DNA of 64,000 nt from Guillardia theta CCMP2712 (Eukaryota; Protista; Cryptophyta). Shown here piece after piece: positions 23,831-36,986 of this stretch. The notes under the pieces were generated by a model that was given only the letters and a program-made list of their open reading frames with translations, made no database searches and was not told where the DNA came from. The stretch's first letter is position 1; every line of letters begins with the position of its first letter. The translations under genes were made by a program, and so were the position numbers. The stretch lies in contig NW_005434651.1 of the NCBI RefSeq assembly GCF_000315625.1, forward strand, positions 178,058-242,057, written 5' to 3'.

Positions 23831-24829
23831 TCAACGGCTCACCATGACTTCCTCTGCATCCTCTGCGTCCGGCATCCTGGGGAGAGGAGGAGCAGAAGCG
23901 TTTGAAGTGTAGACGGTGCTGCTGGAGGTGTTGTACGGCAGCGCGGTGGGGATCCTCAAGTCGGCGTTGGCCGGGGGAGGAGCGTGGTAGGGGTAAGGAC
24001 GGAACTCATAGGGTAGACGAAGGTGGTCGGCGGCTGAGTACCTTGAGGGAGCGGTCAGATAAAGCAGGGAGAGCAGGGAGAACCATTTCATGACGATGCC
24101 CGCGGTGAACGCAAAGGCCAGGACGAAGCCGATAGGGTTTGAGTTCGAAGCCTGACAGCACAAGGTATGAGAGAGTTGCTGCGATCCGAGACTCTGACAC
24201 GTCACCATGAGGACAGATGCCGCCACGACGTCTGCGAGCAGGCACAAGCAGTACATCTGCCACATGTACACCCCGACACAGCAATCGAAGCTGGTCAACA
24301 CCGAATGTCGGTAAGAGTTGAAGTTCAAACTGTAGTCAGCTCGAAAGCCCATCCCGAGGCCCCACTCCATCCCGGACTGCACCAAGATCAGCACAGTGAC
24401 GATGAACTCGTCGGTGCTGTCAGCCTTGCAGGCGTAAGGGAAGGCAGACATGAGACTGAGCAGGAGGCAGGCTAGCTGGATCAGAATGTCGCATGCTTGC
24501 TGTGCAGGCCGAGTGTTTCGGATCGTGCTCCTGGGTTTCAACATGAGGTAAACGCAGTAGAGCAACTCCAAGAGCTTGAGGCCCCGCACGACGGCGAAGA
24601 TGGAGACACAGGCGCATAAAATTCCGGTGTCTCCACCGTTGGAGGACTGATACGTGTTGAAGCCGTACATGAAGGAAGTGCAGGTGGCCGACACGCCCGA
24701 GCATGCTGAAGGGCTCGAGTAGGTGTTCCCATCTGTAGGACAGTACCACTTGCCCGAGGGGCAGCCACTTGCTGTTAGATAAGACCTGTCAACAAGCGTC
24801 AAACATTGAAATGTTTTTGGATGATACAT
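23831..24829 (-). CDS. Uncharacterised ~5-TM membrane protein with N-terminal Cys-rich WYCP domain (paralogue A)
   Basis: Long ORF, hydrophobic helices, GMGFRADYSLNFNSYRH motif nearly identical to the one in the gene at 42635-43565. Confidence 0.85.
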   Translation of the reverse strand: MYHPKTFQCLTLVDRSYLTASGCPSGKWYCPTDGNTYSSPSACSGVSATCTSFMYGFNTYQSSNGGDTGILCACVSIFAVVRGLKLLELLYCVYLMLKPRSTIRNTRPAQQACDILIQLACLLLSLMSAFPYACKADSTDEFIVTVLILVQSGMEWGLGMGFRADYSLNFNSYRHSVLTSFDCCVGVYMWQMYCLCLLADVVAASVLMVTCQSLGSQQLSHTLCCQASNSNPIGFVLAFAFTAGIVMKWFSLLSLLYLTAPSRYSAADHLRLPYEFRPYPYHAPPPANADLRIPTALPYNTSSSTVYTSNASAPPLPRMPDAEDAEEVMVSR

Positions 24830-26160
24830 CAAATGTTGTGCATGCCTGGCAAAGCGTATCATGATTATATGCCATAAAGTACTTGGTTGTACATCATGCA
24901 ATTTCATAACAAGTCATCACTAATCGAATGATGTCAAATCATGTCATATCGTATCATATCCAAGCCAATTTCATGATATCTGCCCAACAAGGTGTAGCTG
25001 GAGAAATAATTGCCTCACATTTCGCAGGTTGACTTGTGAGAGCCTTTCAACTCAATCACAACCTGTCTTTGATGTAATTCTTGGTAGTGAATGAAGATAC
25101 TCGCTCCTGCTACCCGCCTTTTGCTTCAAAGCATCGCTTCTGATTAGCATCCACCTTCTCAAAGCCTGAGAATTAGAACTGTGTGAAAGATTAGCGGCAT
25201 GGTCAACGTGAGGTTAGATCATGAGGGAAAATGATTTTTAACTGACGATGAGGAGAAAACGAATCTTTGTGTTTGTATGAATGCTTCACCCGTGATGCAC
25301 TCCAATCTTTTCTCCTTTGTTTCCAGTCATTACCTGCACTCCCCTCTTCTATTCCCCGCTTATATTTCTCTCTCTTGGTCCTCTACCAAGTTGTTTGTCT
25401 TCTTTCTTTTCCCTGCTCTCTCTCTTCGCTTTGCTGTTTAGGCACAATCCTCGTCTGATCCCCTCTTGCCTACCCTGCTACCTTTAGTACCATACCCAAT
25501 GCTTCTTCCCCACTACCTCCTACTTGGGCGAATGATAGAGGAGAATCATCAATGACAGTGTAGAGAAAACAGGCAATAGGATAGAGTAGGAATACAGATT
25601 CCTCCGTTGTTTCCTGCTTCTGATCTCGAGTTGAAATAGGAGAGGGAGGAGGTGACAAAGGGAGGTGCTGGAGGGAGGGGAGGAGACAGGAAGGAAGAGA
25701 AGAGTTGAGGGAAGCAGGGGGCATCTCTTGTGTTGCAGTCATCCCTATCTTGTCATGAGCGCTCTTCTCCTTCATTTCTGCTTCCACCCGCACAGTTCTG
25801 CTCCACTCGCATCCCTCCGCCTCTCCTGCCCCCTGTCTCCTTCTTCTCGAGGCCATGCTCCCTTGCAGCTGGGAATGGATATCCAGGGGCCTGAAATTTG
25901 TGGCAGGGTCCCTCCTTTAGGTGGAACCTTGCAGCTTTTTACCTTAGCATCAATTAGAGAAACGTCGGACATCAGTGGGTAGGGATGTATACGGGCCACC
26001 GATAGTGACATGAACAATTCAACTCGATCCGGCAAAAATCTTTTGAAACTGTTTAAAGGATAATTGCATAGATAAAAGCAGGACTGAGTCACGGACACTG
26101 GCAAGTCGTTCCGAGGCTTCTCAATGGTACGGTCCTGTCGGACGGTGTCATCAGGCAGCT

Positions 26161-28371
26161 TCAACATGTGAACAGGGCTGATCTGTTCTCTTCTAGCATC
26201 TCCTGTGAAGTTCGAGCCTCAGATGTGAAGAAACTCAGTCACTGGGTTTATCCTACCGGAGGCAGGAGGTCCATCAGCGCTTTTCTCACAGCATCCTTGT
26301 TAGAGAACATGGGCATGAGCCTAGAGAAAGAATGAATGGAGGGATGACGCAGACGGAGCCGAGGCCAAGATAGAGGTAAACTTACAGCTCACAGTAGGTA
26401 GCGTTGCGCCCAAGGTTGTTCCCGAAGATCTGACAAGCGATGTAGAAGGGAGGAGTGAGCAGCTGAGAAAGAGGATCATCCACGAGAAGAGCAGGCGACA
26501 GCAAGAGACAAGACCTTACGGCCATAAAAACTTCTGCACTTCTTACGCTTTACCCATGGTGCAGAATCGAAGATTTCATAGTTGCAAGATCTCGTCCTCC
26601 AGTCCAACTGTGAGAGGTCATTGCCTGAGCAGCAGCTTGTCCGTCCCTGCAGCCCCATGGCAAAGAGTTTCTGCGGCAGCTCTGCTTCGAAAGCCTTTCT
26701 CGCGCTCTCGTAGTGTTGTTTGTCGATGTAGCCTAGCCACGTGAGTGACAAGTCTGTAGCTGAGAGACAACAAGCTCCCACCTAGAGTCCAGCTCAACAT
26801 AAACCTTCTTGCGCGCGCGTTCAACGAGTTCAGAAGCCTCCAGAACCATTCCATGATCTGCAAGAGGTTCAGCCAACCGAAGAGGAGAGGGAACGAGAGT
26901 ATGCGGGAAGCTGATGCAAGAAGAGGGAGGGGGGAGCAATCAAACAGATTCAAGGAAGGGATGGGAGGACTGGAAGACGTGAGCAACACGCATCGTCGAG
27001 GAGAAAGAGCAGAAGGATGAGCTAGTGATCTCCCACTGGTTCGCTGTCGGAGAAGACGAAGTAATGGGTTGAAGATCGGAGTGAGTCAATATCGATGACA
27101 GGGAAGCCTTGAACGACTTGCTGAATCTGTCGGAGCCATGTCATGAGCAAGAAAGAGCATATCAAGTCGAATTACACCTCTAGGCCGCTCAAGGCTGATA
27201 GAGTACCAGAAGGTATGATGTCAAAGACAGCATCAGCGACTGAAGACTCGAAGGAGGTATGGGAGGGAAGAGAGGATTCTTGATCGAAGGATGAATTTTC
27301 TCTGCAGCTTGGTGACAACTCTGCAACCTCGTTGCTGTCGGCGACGTTGTCTTCCCCCAACGATACTGTTCTCTTAACCTCTCCAGCTAGGAGTTTGCAC
27401 AATTTGATGTCCAGACGGATTCCCAAAGGTATCTGGTTGATGATGGAAAATCCGATCAATTTACCAAGGATACAAGCGGTGTCATTCTGCAGCAAGAGAT
27501 CAACAGGGTTAAACGTGGGGCTCCAGGCTTACAGTCCCAGCTGTGGGGGTGTCTTGGTTAGATGAAGCTGTTTCATCGCCTGCTGAATCTTTATCCTCCA
27601 CATCTCATCATGCTTGCACATACCAGCAAGAGATTGTGCTATCCAAGAGGCCCCATCCAACCTCTCCCAGCATCTGCTTTCTTCGGAACCTGAAACACTT
27701 GGTCACAAGACACAGCAGGCAACCAGATCGATGCCCGAACTACCGTGGCCCTGACTCTCACAGCGAGGAGGAGCCTCTTCCGTATTGCTAGAAACCAGCA
27801 CGAAGCTATTCTGTTCCTCTGCACTTTGTGATCCTCGTGGCGCTTGACACGCGCATGACGGGCGACACGAAAGCGCTCCCGTAGCCACAGTGGTTGCAAT
27901 GTCGATGTTCCCCGGAACAGCGAAATGCAAGGATTGGCATTCCAAGATCTGATCGGCAGCTCTTGCAGGTCTCATCCTGTCCACAAACAGCTCCATTTTG
28001 GGGCAAAAGAGATGCTTGTAACGCGCCATGTTCTGCTCTCGAACCCATTCCAGTCGTGCTCTCAAGCTCCATCTCTGATCATGGGGCGTCAAGATGCTAG
28101 AAAAGGGAACAAGGGGACTCACATCAGCGGGAAAGGCATAACACATGATGGAGAAGACAAGATCATGATCCCCTGCCACTGCTGATGCCGTGCTATCCTG
28201 AATAAAAAATCTCGTCAACCTCCGAGCAAAGGATTACAGTTTTGGTTTGTAAATACCTTGCCCAGACGATCATGACTTGCCATTGCAAAGGCGAAGGCGA
28301 CATCTGTACAATGGTCGGAATTGATGGTGAAGTCTTAGCATCTCACCTTGCAACCATGGCAACGTAGGCAT
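26161..28371 (-). CDS. Divergent HECT-domain (E3 ligase-like) protein
   Basis: Spliced: ILGKLIGFSIINQIPLGIRLDIKLCKLLAG; VFDIIPSGTLSALSGLEIQQVVQGFPVIDIDSLRSSTHY; IMEWFWRLLNSL; ATYCELLMPMFSNKDAVRKAL; N-terminal AFAMASHDRLGKDS. Confidence 0.75.
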
Positions 28372-28802
28372 CTTCCTGCTGTTCTAATGCTCCGGCATCT
28401 GCTACTTTCGGACTGTCATATCTATCTTACTTTATCATCCTCGATCTGTCCCAACGACCTTGTATCCTTTATCGTTCTTCCTTCCATAACTTCCTCCCAT
28501 GCCCTCTCTGGCCTCCCTTCCTCCCTGCCTGCCTTCCCGCTCCCTCCCAGCCCATTATGGAGATTGAAGAGCTTGATCTTTTAGTTAATGAATTTCACAA
28601 GAACTCACCTCAGCGTACGCATAACCCACTGGAAAAGGCAGCAACAAATACCTACAGACAAGACTATGAAGGCTACAACAACCTTGGACGGGGTGAGTTT
28701 GGAGGAGGAACAAGGTCGACAACTCGCACCCTTAAGAGTCTCTGCTACTTTGCTCCGGTGAGCCCTTTCAGTCATTGAATACTTCAAGTGAAGGTAGGTA
28801 GG

Positions 28803-28925
28803 CAGGAGGAGAAGGCACTGCGGCAGGCAGTAAGGAGGAGAAGGCAGCAGGCAGTAAGGAGGAGAAGGCAGCAGGCAGTAAGGAGGAGAAGGCAGCAGCC
28901 AGCAAGCAGGAGAAGGCAGCAGGCA
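28803..28925. repeat. 24-nt minisatellite (aggcagcaggcagtaaggaggaga), ~4-5 copies
   Basis: Direct inspection. Confidence 0.9.
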
Positions 28926-29017
28926 ACAAGGACTCGCTGGTATCATTTCATTCAGCTGCAAAAACTCGGGGTGACATTCAGTTCATTCGCACAGAGCCAA
29001 CATTCGACTCTCAGCGT

Positions 29018-29692
29018 TCACGTGACATCCATTCGGAAACCGACGGTCTTTGTTTCGAACCCCAGGCGAGATGCTAAAGATTGTGACCGAAAAGAAGGCG
29101 AAAGGAATGGAGAGTTTGCTGTCGATTCCTTCGTCCCATCATGATTTCCCACGCCGTCATACATCTCTGCAAGCTTGGTATCTACTTCAACGTGGCTGAG
29201 CAGCCTGCTGCATGGACAAATATTAGGCACACAGAAGCATAACCAAGAAACAGACAAACCTCCTTCTCCTGCTCTGTAATTCCTGAAACAATCTTAATAT
29301 GAACAATTAATTTCTTGGTACAATGAATCACCTTTTGCCTCAGCTCCGATTCCTCGCGCTTTTTCCTCTCTAGCAAGACTTGCTGTAGCCTCCTTTCCTC
29401 CTCTTTCCTCCGCCGCCGCTCTACCGCATGAAGTCTGATAAGATCTTGTGTGCGAATAACTTCTTTCACTCTTTCTGAGACTTTGTCGTTCATGATGAAG
29501 CTTGTGGCTGAGGAGATGCGCGGCCTGAAGTTGAGACTGGACGAAAACGCCTTGTTTTCGGAGGATTGCCACGAGTGCGAGCTCCTCTTCGCTCCCCTCG
29601 AGGCTGTTTTCCTCTGCGAATGCTGCTTGGATTCAGAACAGGAAAAGGAGCACAGGGAGCTTTACCTCGCCCATCTCGTCGGACGAACTCAT
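29018..29692 (-). CDS. Hypothetical coiled-coil protein, multi-exon
   Basis: In-frame splicing MSSSDEMGE|HSQRK...LNFRPRISS...ERRRRKEEERRLQQ...; gene ends uncertain. Confidence 0.5.
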
Positions 29693-30559
29693 CGAGCTCA
29701 ACCTGACAAAGGAGTGACATTCTGCCGAGTTGCAAAGCTCGCAATTACAACTGAGGCGAGCTATAGGCTTTGCTGAATCGAAGACCTTCGAGCGGCGTCC
29801 TTCTCAAGTAAGGAACATCAGAGATGGAGCGCATCCCTTCAAAGTAAACATCACGCTACTTCAATGGTATTTCAGGCATGAACAATACCAGACATGCCAT
29901 CAGGAACATAAACCGAAGATGCCGTCGAGCTTGATTCAGATTCATTCTGAGCATCGAGTTTACGCTAGTGGGAACACCCATGATTGTTCAAACCTTGGTT
30001 TCATTGCCCCCAGGATGCATGCTTCGGCTTGAGGAGCTGTTTTGCATGTAAGTTGTGATGGCGTGCTAGTTTTGAGTGTACTTCATATGCTTGATGTTGT
30101 CGACCTGCTTGCTTTGTTCACCTTTGATCTTGTTTCTTCTATCATCGATGACAAGCTTCATTCCCCACACCTCTTCACTGGTTTGGCTCCTACATGTGCC
30201 GTCTGTGGCACTGATACCAACCACCACTGCCAGTGGCAAACTGCTCTCAAGAGGTCAGTACAAATAACACAAGGAATCTAATCAACTTCTATCATTTCTC
30301 AACGGAGAATCATTAACATTGCAGGGAACTAGATCATGGATTGCATCGTTGACGTTGGCAAGAAAGATTCTACCCTTTGTGGATGTTTTTGTACTTGTTC
30401 TTTGGTAGCATACACGAAATCTGAGCTAGAAACGCAGCTATGATCAAACTTGGTCGAGATAAATTCTCCCTCCCTTCCTGTCATCTCAATTCTTGCTCTC
30501 CTGTTGTATTGAAATCTCTTGATTGCTTTCCGACATTTCGGTCCTCAGTTCCAGCGGTC

Positions 30560-31345
30560 CCCCCACCCCCATTTTTCACCTATTGCAACCAATACCGGTC
30601 CTCTGCCCTTGAGTGGAACCACCCATCATAACCTCCCACCTCTCCAACGCACTTCCCCTGACTACCCTCTGTCAAAAGGAACCCCCTCGCTCAAATTTCA
30701 CCCTACCCTTTCCCCGTGAGATCGTCTAGGATGTGGGTGGGGGTAGTACGGTCAGCCGGGGTCCGACGAGCAAGGGGGGTCGTCCTATCACCATTCGGGT
30801 TTACTACACCCATCGAGTCAGCCCAGCCCACCCCTACCGTACCCCCCCCAGTGACAGGGCGAGTAACTTCACGGAGGACCCTACCCCAGCACTTCCAAAC
30901 TTTATCGGCCCAATTTGGCCCTACCCAGCCTGGCCCTAGAAGCAAACTACCCCTACCACCCCATTTACAAGAGGAGGTACCCCAGGACTGATAGAAGGAA
31001 TGTTAACTTAAATGGGGCCCGTGGGAGGTTGACTTCCGAATTAGCAGGTTCATTGGGACCCCACGAATTTTTTTAAACAATTGGACCCCGAGGGGTCCAA
31101 AGAAATTTTCGTGGGGTGGGGTGGCCCGGGTTGAGTACCGAATTGGTTTCTACCGTGCACGGGATCATATTTCCTTCGGGTAGTACAGGGGGGAGGGGTC
31201 AGTACACCCCTTCAGTGCCCACACACCGAGCCTCTTGAAAGGGGTAGGGGGTCATCATCTTTGGTATTCCAGAGAACGGATCAGTCCGGAAACGACACCA
31301 GGGTGGGTAGTCAGTGACAGTGAGATGAAGGGTGGGTACTCAGCC
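30560..31345. other. TACCCC/GGGGTA motif tract with central hairpin
   Basis: TTGGACCCC-GA-GGGGTCCAA (31081-31100) nested in CCCCACGAA...TTCGTGGGG (31059-31116). Confidence 0.55.
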
Positions 31346-31419
31346 AACGGGTGCCGTGGGATGTCAGTTGATGACAGTGAGTTGAGACTCTCTCGAGGTC
31401 TCTCGGATCTACCGGTTCA

Positions 31420-31785
31420 TTGTTTTCGCCGTTCCGGGCCAGCCGGGCGGCTGGGCCGAGTTTTGGTTTCCGAGAGTCACAGTTCTTTACTCAAACACAC
31501 AGTACTGTGACTGAGTGCCGCCGCCCGCACTATCCGATCCGGGGCCCGGCCGCCCCCGGCCCCGGGCCCCTGACGGTTCAATATCGTACCGTACGGTTGA
31601 CGCTGCGACGGTCCCGAGTGAGGGAGTCCCGGTGACCAAGAGGCACTGCCGCAGTGTCAGACCGTGCGGTCCGCTCTTCATGACCGTGGGCCAGCGGCGG
31701 TCATCATCATGACGGTATGGCTAATCAGGATCGGAACCGTGTGACCGGGCGTGCCGGGCCGGCCCGGTGGCATGACCGAACGCCT
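31420..31785. promoter_or_regulatory. GC-rich CCGG/palindrome cluster
   Basis: CCGGGGCCCGGCC, GTACCGTACGGT, CACTGCCGCAGTG, TCATGAC words. Confidence 0.45.
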
Positions 31786-31823
31786 ATAAACTTCGCGGCA
31801 GCTAGTATTAATTTCACTCTTAT

Positions 31824-33563
31824 CTACTGCAACGCATTGCGGATTTGTTGCTTGGCTGAGAGAGATAGTTGCTTGGGGTACATGACGTCAAAAGTGATGA
31901 CGAGGTCTCCTTTCTGCGACGTGGTAGCAAACGTCAGTTGTCGTATTTAAGCCTATTTCTATCTTGCCTGCCCGGGCTCCTTCGACTTGGGGAACCCCTC
32001 GCCTCGAACTATCTTTGTATAATTTGGCGATACTACATCCTGAATTTCCACAGATATCTTCCGCTTATCCAAAGTCTCGAGGTGAAACTGCCACTAGGCG
32101 TCAGCCAATGTAAGTGCTGATGAGATTCCGTAACCGTGAAGCCCGTGAGCGCATCAACCAACTTCACTCCCTTAACTTTGTAAATCAGATCAGATCCGCT
32201 CCTCTGTCCAAAGATAGTGATCACAGGCAACAAAACAAAACTTCGTGCACCTGAAATCTATCGTGAGGCTTTTCCTTGATCACAAAAACGACATCTTGAG
32301 CCTAATCGACCGATTCAGAATGTTTCAATTGAGCGAAATTGCCTGACACCTGCCCCTGAGCGTATTCATCTCCTTCGCCCGCATACGTCAATTTAGTCCC
32401 AGCCTGTCAGGAAGTAACATCAACTTCAGGCAAAGGTTCAAAACAATCGTTGAACCTTCCATCCTGGCTTCACTTGAATCTCAAAAGTGTGTTCGGTGCT
32501 CCTGTCCGATTGAAGTGTTATCATCAACACTTTGAGTCCCTACATTGATTGAGTACCTCCCTGCCGAAACAGACTTGCGAGTGATTTTCATCTTCTTTGT
32601 CACTCCAGTAAAGAGTTCTTCCAATGTCAACTTCAAGGCAGTCAAATTGGCAGACGCCCAAAAGATCGAATATTGGCACCTTCAAATCCGTGACGAACGG
32701 AGTTTTCATATTCATCGCGCCCCCCATTCCGCCCATTCCCATTCCGCCCATTCCGCCCATTCCGCCCATTCCTCCCATGCCACCCATTCCTCCCATCCCT
32801 GACCGAAATCTGCCTCCCATCCCTCCTGAAAACATGTCGTCGAAATCATCGAAGCCCCCAAAAGAACCTTGGCGATGTCAGAGATTTTGAGCATCCAAGT
32901 AGAGCATACCGAAGCCGGAAGACCCGAAGAAGTTTCTGAAGATTTCATTGGGATCTCCCCGGAACTCATACCTGATTTGAAAGTGATTGAAAGGCTCTTT
33001 CATCCACTGGCTGATTTACCTAAATCCGCCCGGCATTCCTCCTGCTCCTCCTGCACTAGAGGGTAAGGCTGACCACCAACCCAGAGATTCTTGCTGTGCC
33101 AGGAAAAGCACAGAATCAAACTTCACCTGGAGCGTTTCCTTTGAGTCCTTCTTCTCCAAATTGGTCATAGACTTTGCGTTTGTTGGAATCTGACAAGACA
33201 TCATAGGCCTAGAGATCAATATCAACCAAGAAGCAAGATAGGATCGCAGAAGGGATCAGGCGATATGAAGGGATCAGGAGACATACCTCGGCGATGTCTT
33301 TGAATTTCTGTTCCGCTTCCTGTCATTTGCATCAGCACGATCAGTTCAGTTTCATAGTTGTTCCATTGCAGTGCAGCACGTGAAAGATACCCTACCGCTT
33401 GTCTATCTGGGTTTTTGTCCGGATGCCATTTCATGGCTTGCTTCTTGTATGCCTTCTTAATGTCATTTTCTGTCGCCTACAACATAATGAACAATCTCAA
33501 CAACGAGGACAGACTTGAAACCTTCTTGTCTACACCGAGGATACCATAATAGTCTTTCCCCAT
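31824..33563 (-). CDS. DnaJ/Hsp40 class B (DNAJB/Sis1-like) co-chaperone
   Basis: [21 protein letters not shown] and G/M-rich linker, C-terminal [27 protein letters not shown]; stop TAG 31824-31826. Confidence 0.95.
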
Positions 33564-33949
33564 CGTCTTGAATTTCTGCATGCCCAGTCAGTATTCAAGC
33601 ACAACCAAATCCAACCACAGCCTGTCAATCGTTTCGGATCATCCCTCATTCTTCTCATCTCCCTGTCTCTCCTCTTCCTCTTCCTCCCTCTTTCTCTCTT
33701 CTCCTTCCTTCTTCGTTTGCTCCTCTCCTTCCCTCCCCTGCTCCTCCCCTCCACATTCCGCCTGTTCCCCTTTCTATTCCCTTGTGGCGTACGGGTGCAT
33801 TTCCAACTTGCACTCTTCTAGCACTTCTAGAATTCCGCGTTAACCACGAATCCGGGTGTCCGCCGACCGGTCGGTGACAGTCAGCAGGCCGGCAGTAGTT
33901 CCCAGGCCCGGTATGAGGGGGATGATGTTGCAATAAGGGACTCAAAGCA

Positions 33950-36900
33950 ATGCGCAATCAGGTAGGCGCAGGAAGAGCAGGAGGAGGAGCAGGAGGAGGA
34001 GGAGGAGGACGTGCAGAATCAGGATCAGGAAAGCGACTGCATTCTTCAAGGTATGAGCGCTCGACAAATCTCCTCCTACCACTGCTGGTGTTGTGCTCCT
34101 TCACGCATGGTTGGGCTTTCGTAAATCCAATCATGGCGGCGTTGTCGTCTACCCCTCCGAAGAAGGTGAGAGGCAAGCGTGTTCTGTTCACCTCTCAGTT
34201 GGAGCCCAGGTCGCCATCATAGGAGGGGGTCCGGCGGGACTGACAATGGCACACGCTCTCCTGAAACTTCCCACGGGAGTCGAGCAAGTCAAGGTATTCG
34301 AGCAGAAGAACGAAAGTTTGCCGGGGATAGGGGGAGGGATTCAGATCAACGGGGGAGCTGCGGTGCTGAGCAGGTCAGGCAGCTGCGGCAGGGGACGGGA
34401 ACGGTGACATGCTGTGTAAGGCTGGGGATGAGGGCGAAGATCGCAGAGTCGTGTCAACCCCTGCGGACCATTTTGTCGCGCAACGTCGACGGGAGGGAGT
34501 TGCTGAAGATGTCAGTGCCGGATGTGGTGAGAAGCTTTGCTGGCTTGCTGTTCAGTGGTGACAATGGGGGCTCAAGATCGCTCGGGATCGTGCGGCCCGA
34601 GAGGCTCTCATGGTGGAGGGAGATATTATGGCGTACTTGGTCATGCGCGATCACCTCCAGTCGATCCTGTCAGGTCCTCCCGACCTGTGCCCTCCCGCCT
34701 CCTTCCATCTTTTCCTCCTCCTCCTCCTCCTCCTCCTCCTCCTCCTCCTCCTCCTCCTCCTCCTTCCTCCTTCTTGTCCTCTCCCCCTCAGCCATCGCAG
34801 TTACCCCCACCCCTGCTCCTACCCTTTGCTGCCGCTGGTGCTGCTCCTCCTCCTAGTTCCCCTCTCCTGTCTCTACTGCGCCTGCTTTTGTACTCATCTC
34901 CCTTTTGCCTCTGCAGATGACCTCCCGGACGGAACCGTGATCTACGGAAAGAAGCTGAAGGACATGCAGGTTGGAGACGCAGGCTCGCTCTGCTCCTTCC
35001 AAGGTGACAGCCGTTGGCGGACGCTGCAACGTCGGAGACTCTGACATGGCGGCTAGACGGCACCAGCGAGCAGTTCGACCTCGTCATAGGATGCGATGGG
35101 ATCAAGTAAGAGGAGACTCGCCATCGTCCTCCCTCACCCTCCTCAGGTCCAGAGTCAGGCAGGAGATCGTCGGGCAGGAGACGAAGATGTGAGCCCGTAC
35201 AAACTCGTCCTCGTCCTCGTCCTCGTCCTTTTTCCCCCTTCACCTCGTCCTCTCGCTTCCCTTCCCCGTCCTTGTCTTTGTCCTACATGCTGTTGCCTCC
35301 TCCTCCTACGTCTTCCGCACCTCCCTTCACCGTTCCTTCTCCCTCCTCCTCCTCACCTCTTGCCTATCAGATACTCGGGGATTCGCATCATCTTCAGTGT
35401 CGCGCCTGCCGAAGGAGATTCTTCTCGCCCTGCAGACGTTCAATCGGATGTTCACCAGTGGTTTGGTGAGAGAGGCAGGAGGAGAGGAGGGGAGGAGTAT
35501 AGAGGAGGAGGCAGGAGGAGAGGAGGGGAGGAGTATAGAGGAGGAGGCAGGAGGAGAGGAGGGGAGGAGTATAGAGGAGGTGGCAGGAGGAGGAGGGCGG
35601 ACGAGGGAAGGGGGGAGGGAGCAAAGAGCAATACGACGACACGTCTCTACTGGTTGACTTGTACGGTCAGGCGAAGGATCCTACGGGTTTGCTGCCACGT
35701 ACGGAGGAGGAAAGGGAAAGAAGTTCGATCAGGTTCCACCTTGTCTTGTCCTACATCCACGTCCTCCTTCCTCACTACTGCGGCAGTTTGCCTATGTCTT
35801 CTCCGAGCCCCGGGCTACCGACGAGAACCCGTCATGGTGCTTCCTGCGGCCTTTCCTGCTCCTCTTGCTCGCTGCTCGTTGCTCGCTGCTCCCCTATCCA
35901 CCTCCTCTCCTCTCTTCTCTGCTACTGATTGCCTTGTAACAACACGCAGGCTCAAGACCTCCACGGACAAGCGCGGAGACTTTGTAAGGAGGATGAAGGA
36001 CAAGAGGTCAAATGATGATGATGATGGTGGTGATGGTGGTGATGGTGGTGGTGGTGGTGGTGATGGCGATGGTGATGGTGATGGCGATGATGATGACGAT
36101 GATGATGATGATGGTGATGATGAATTGGTAATGTTGAGGAGGAGGAGGAATTTAAGTATGTTCTACAGGATGCCACAGGATCTCGTTCGCATAGTTGAGA
36201 ATGCAGATCGATTCTTCGACGTTGGGGTTTATTTCCACAACCCTCTCGTCACCTGGCATAAAGGATCTGCCGTCCTACTTGGCGATGCTGCGCATGCGAT
36301 GCCTCCGTTCCTAGGGCAGGTTTCTCTCCTCCCCTCCCCTCCCTCTCCTCTTCTCCCCTCCCCTCCCCTCCCCTCCCCTCCCTTCCCTCGCCTTTCCTTC
36401 CCTTCCCTTTCCTTCCCTCGCCTCTCCTCCTCTGTCTTCCCCTGTAATTCATATCGTGTTCGGCTCTTTCAACCCAACTGACGGCGCCAAGGGTGCGAAC
36501 CAGGCGATGCAGGACGCGTATTGCCTGGCGTCCAACCTGGCAGAGATCGGAAAGAAGCATGCTTCCTTGCCAGGTGGGAGATCCTGCGAGGGAGCAGGGG
36601 CAGGAGGTGTGAAGCTGATGCGCTGCAGATGCGCTGAAGGCATACGAGAGGAGGAGGAAGCCGCCGACGACCCGCATCATGCTCAACTCGTGGATCCTCG
36701 GGAACCTCGAGACCCAGACAGGACTGGGAGCTAGCTTCCGAGACAACTTCTTCACTGCTACCGGAGCCCTGGGTGAGAGGATGTGGGAGGAGGGAGGGGA
36801 GGATGTGGGAAGGGGGAGGAAAGGAAGAGAGAGCACGGGGAGGGCGAGGGAGGAATGGGGGGAGGAGAGAGGATGGCAGGAGAGGATGCGAGAGGGAGAG

Positions 36901-36986
36901 TAGAAGTGCCGGGGAGTCCCTGAGTGACAAGATGAGCAGGAGTTGCGGAGAAAGTCTTCTTGGATGGGGCAGTGCCGAAGGTTTGA
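33950..36986 (+). CDS. FAD-dependent monooxygenase (zeaxanthin epoxidase/salicylate hydroxylase-like) with probable plastid-targeting leader
   Basis: VAIIGGGPAGL, GIGGGIQIN, VIGCDGIKS, LLGDAAHAMPPFLGQGANQAMQDAY; leader LLLPLLVLCSFTHGWA-FVNP; exact start uncertain. Confidence 0.88.
35471..35590. repeat. Intronic purine-rich ~39-nt tandem repeat, 3 copies
   Basis: gaggcaggaggagaggaggggaggagtatagaggag repeated. Confidence 0.85.

Noticed and set aside
25000-26150. Possible additional minus-strand gene
   Set aside because: No convincing spliced frame or recognisable motif
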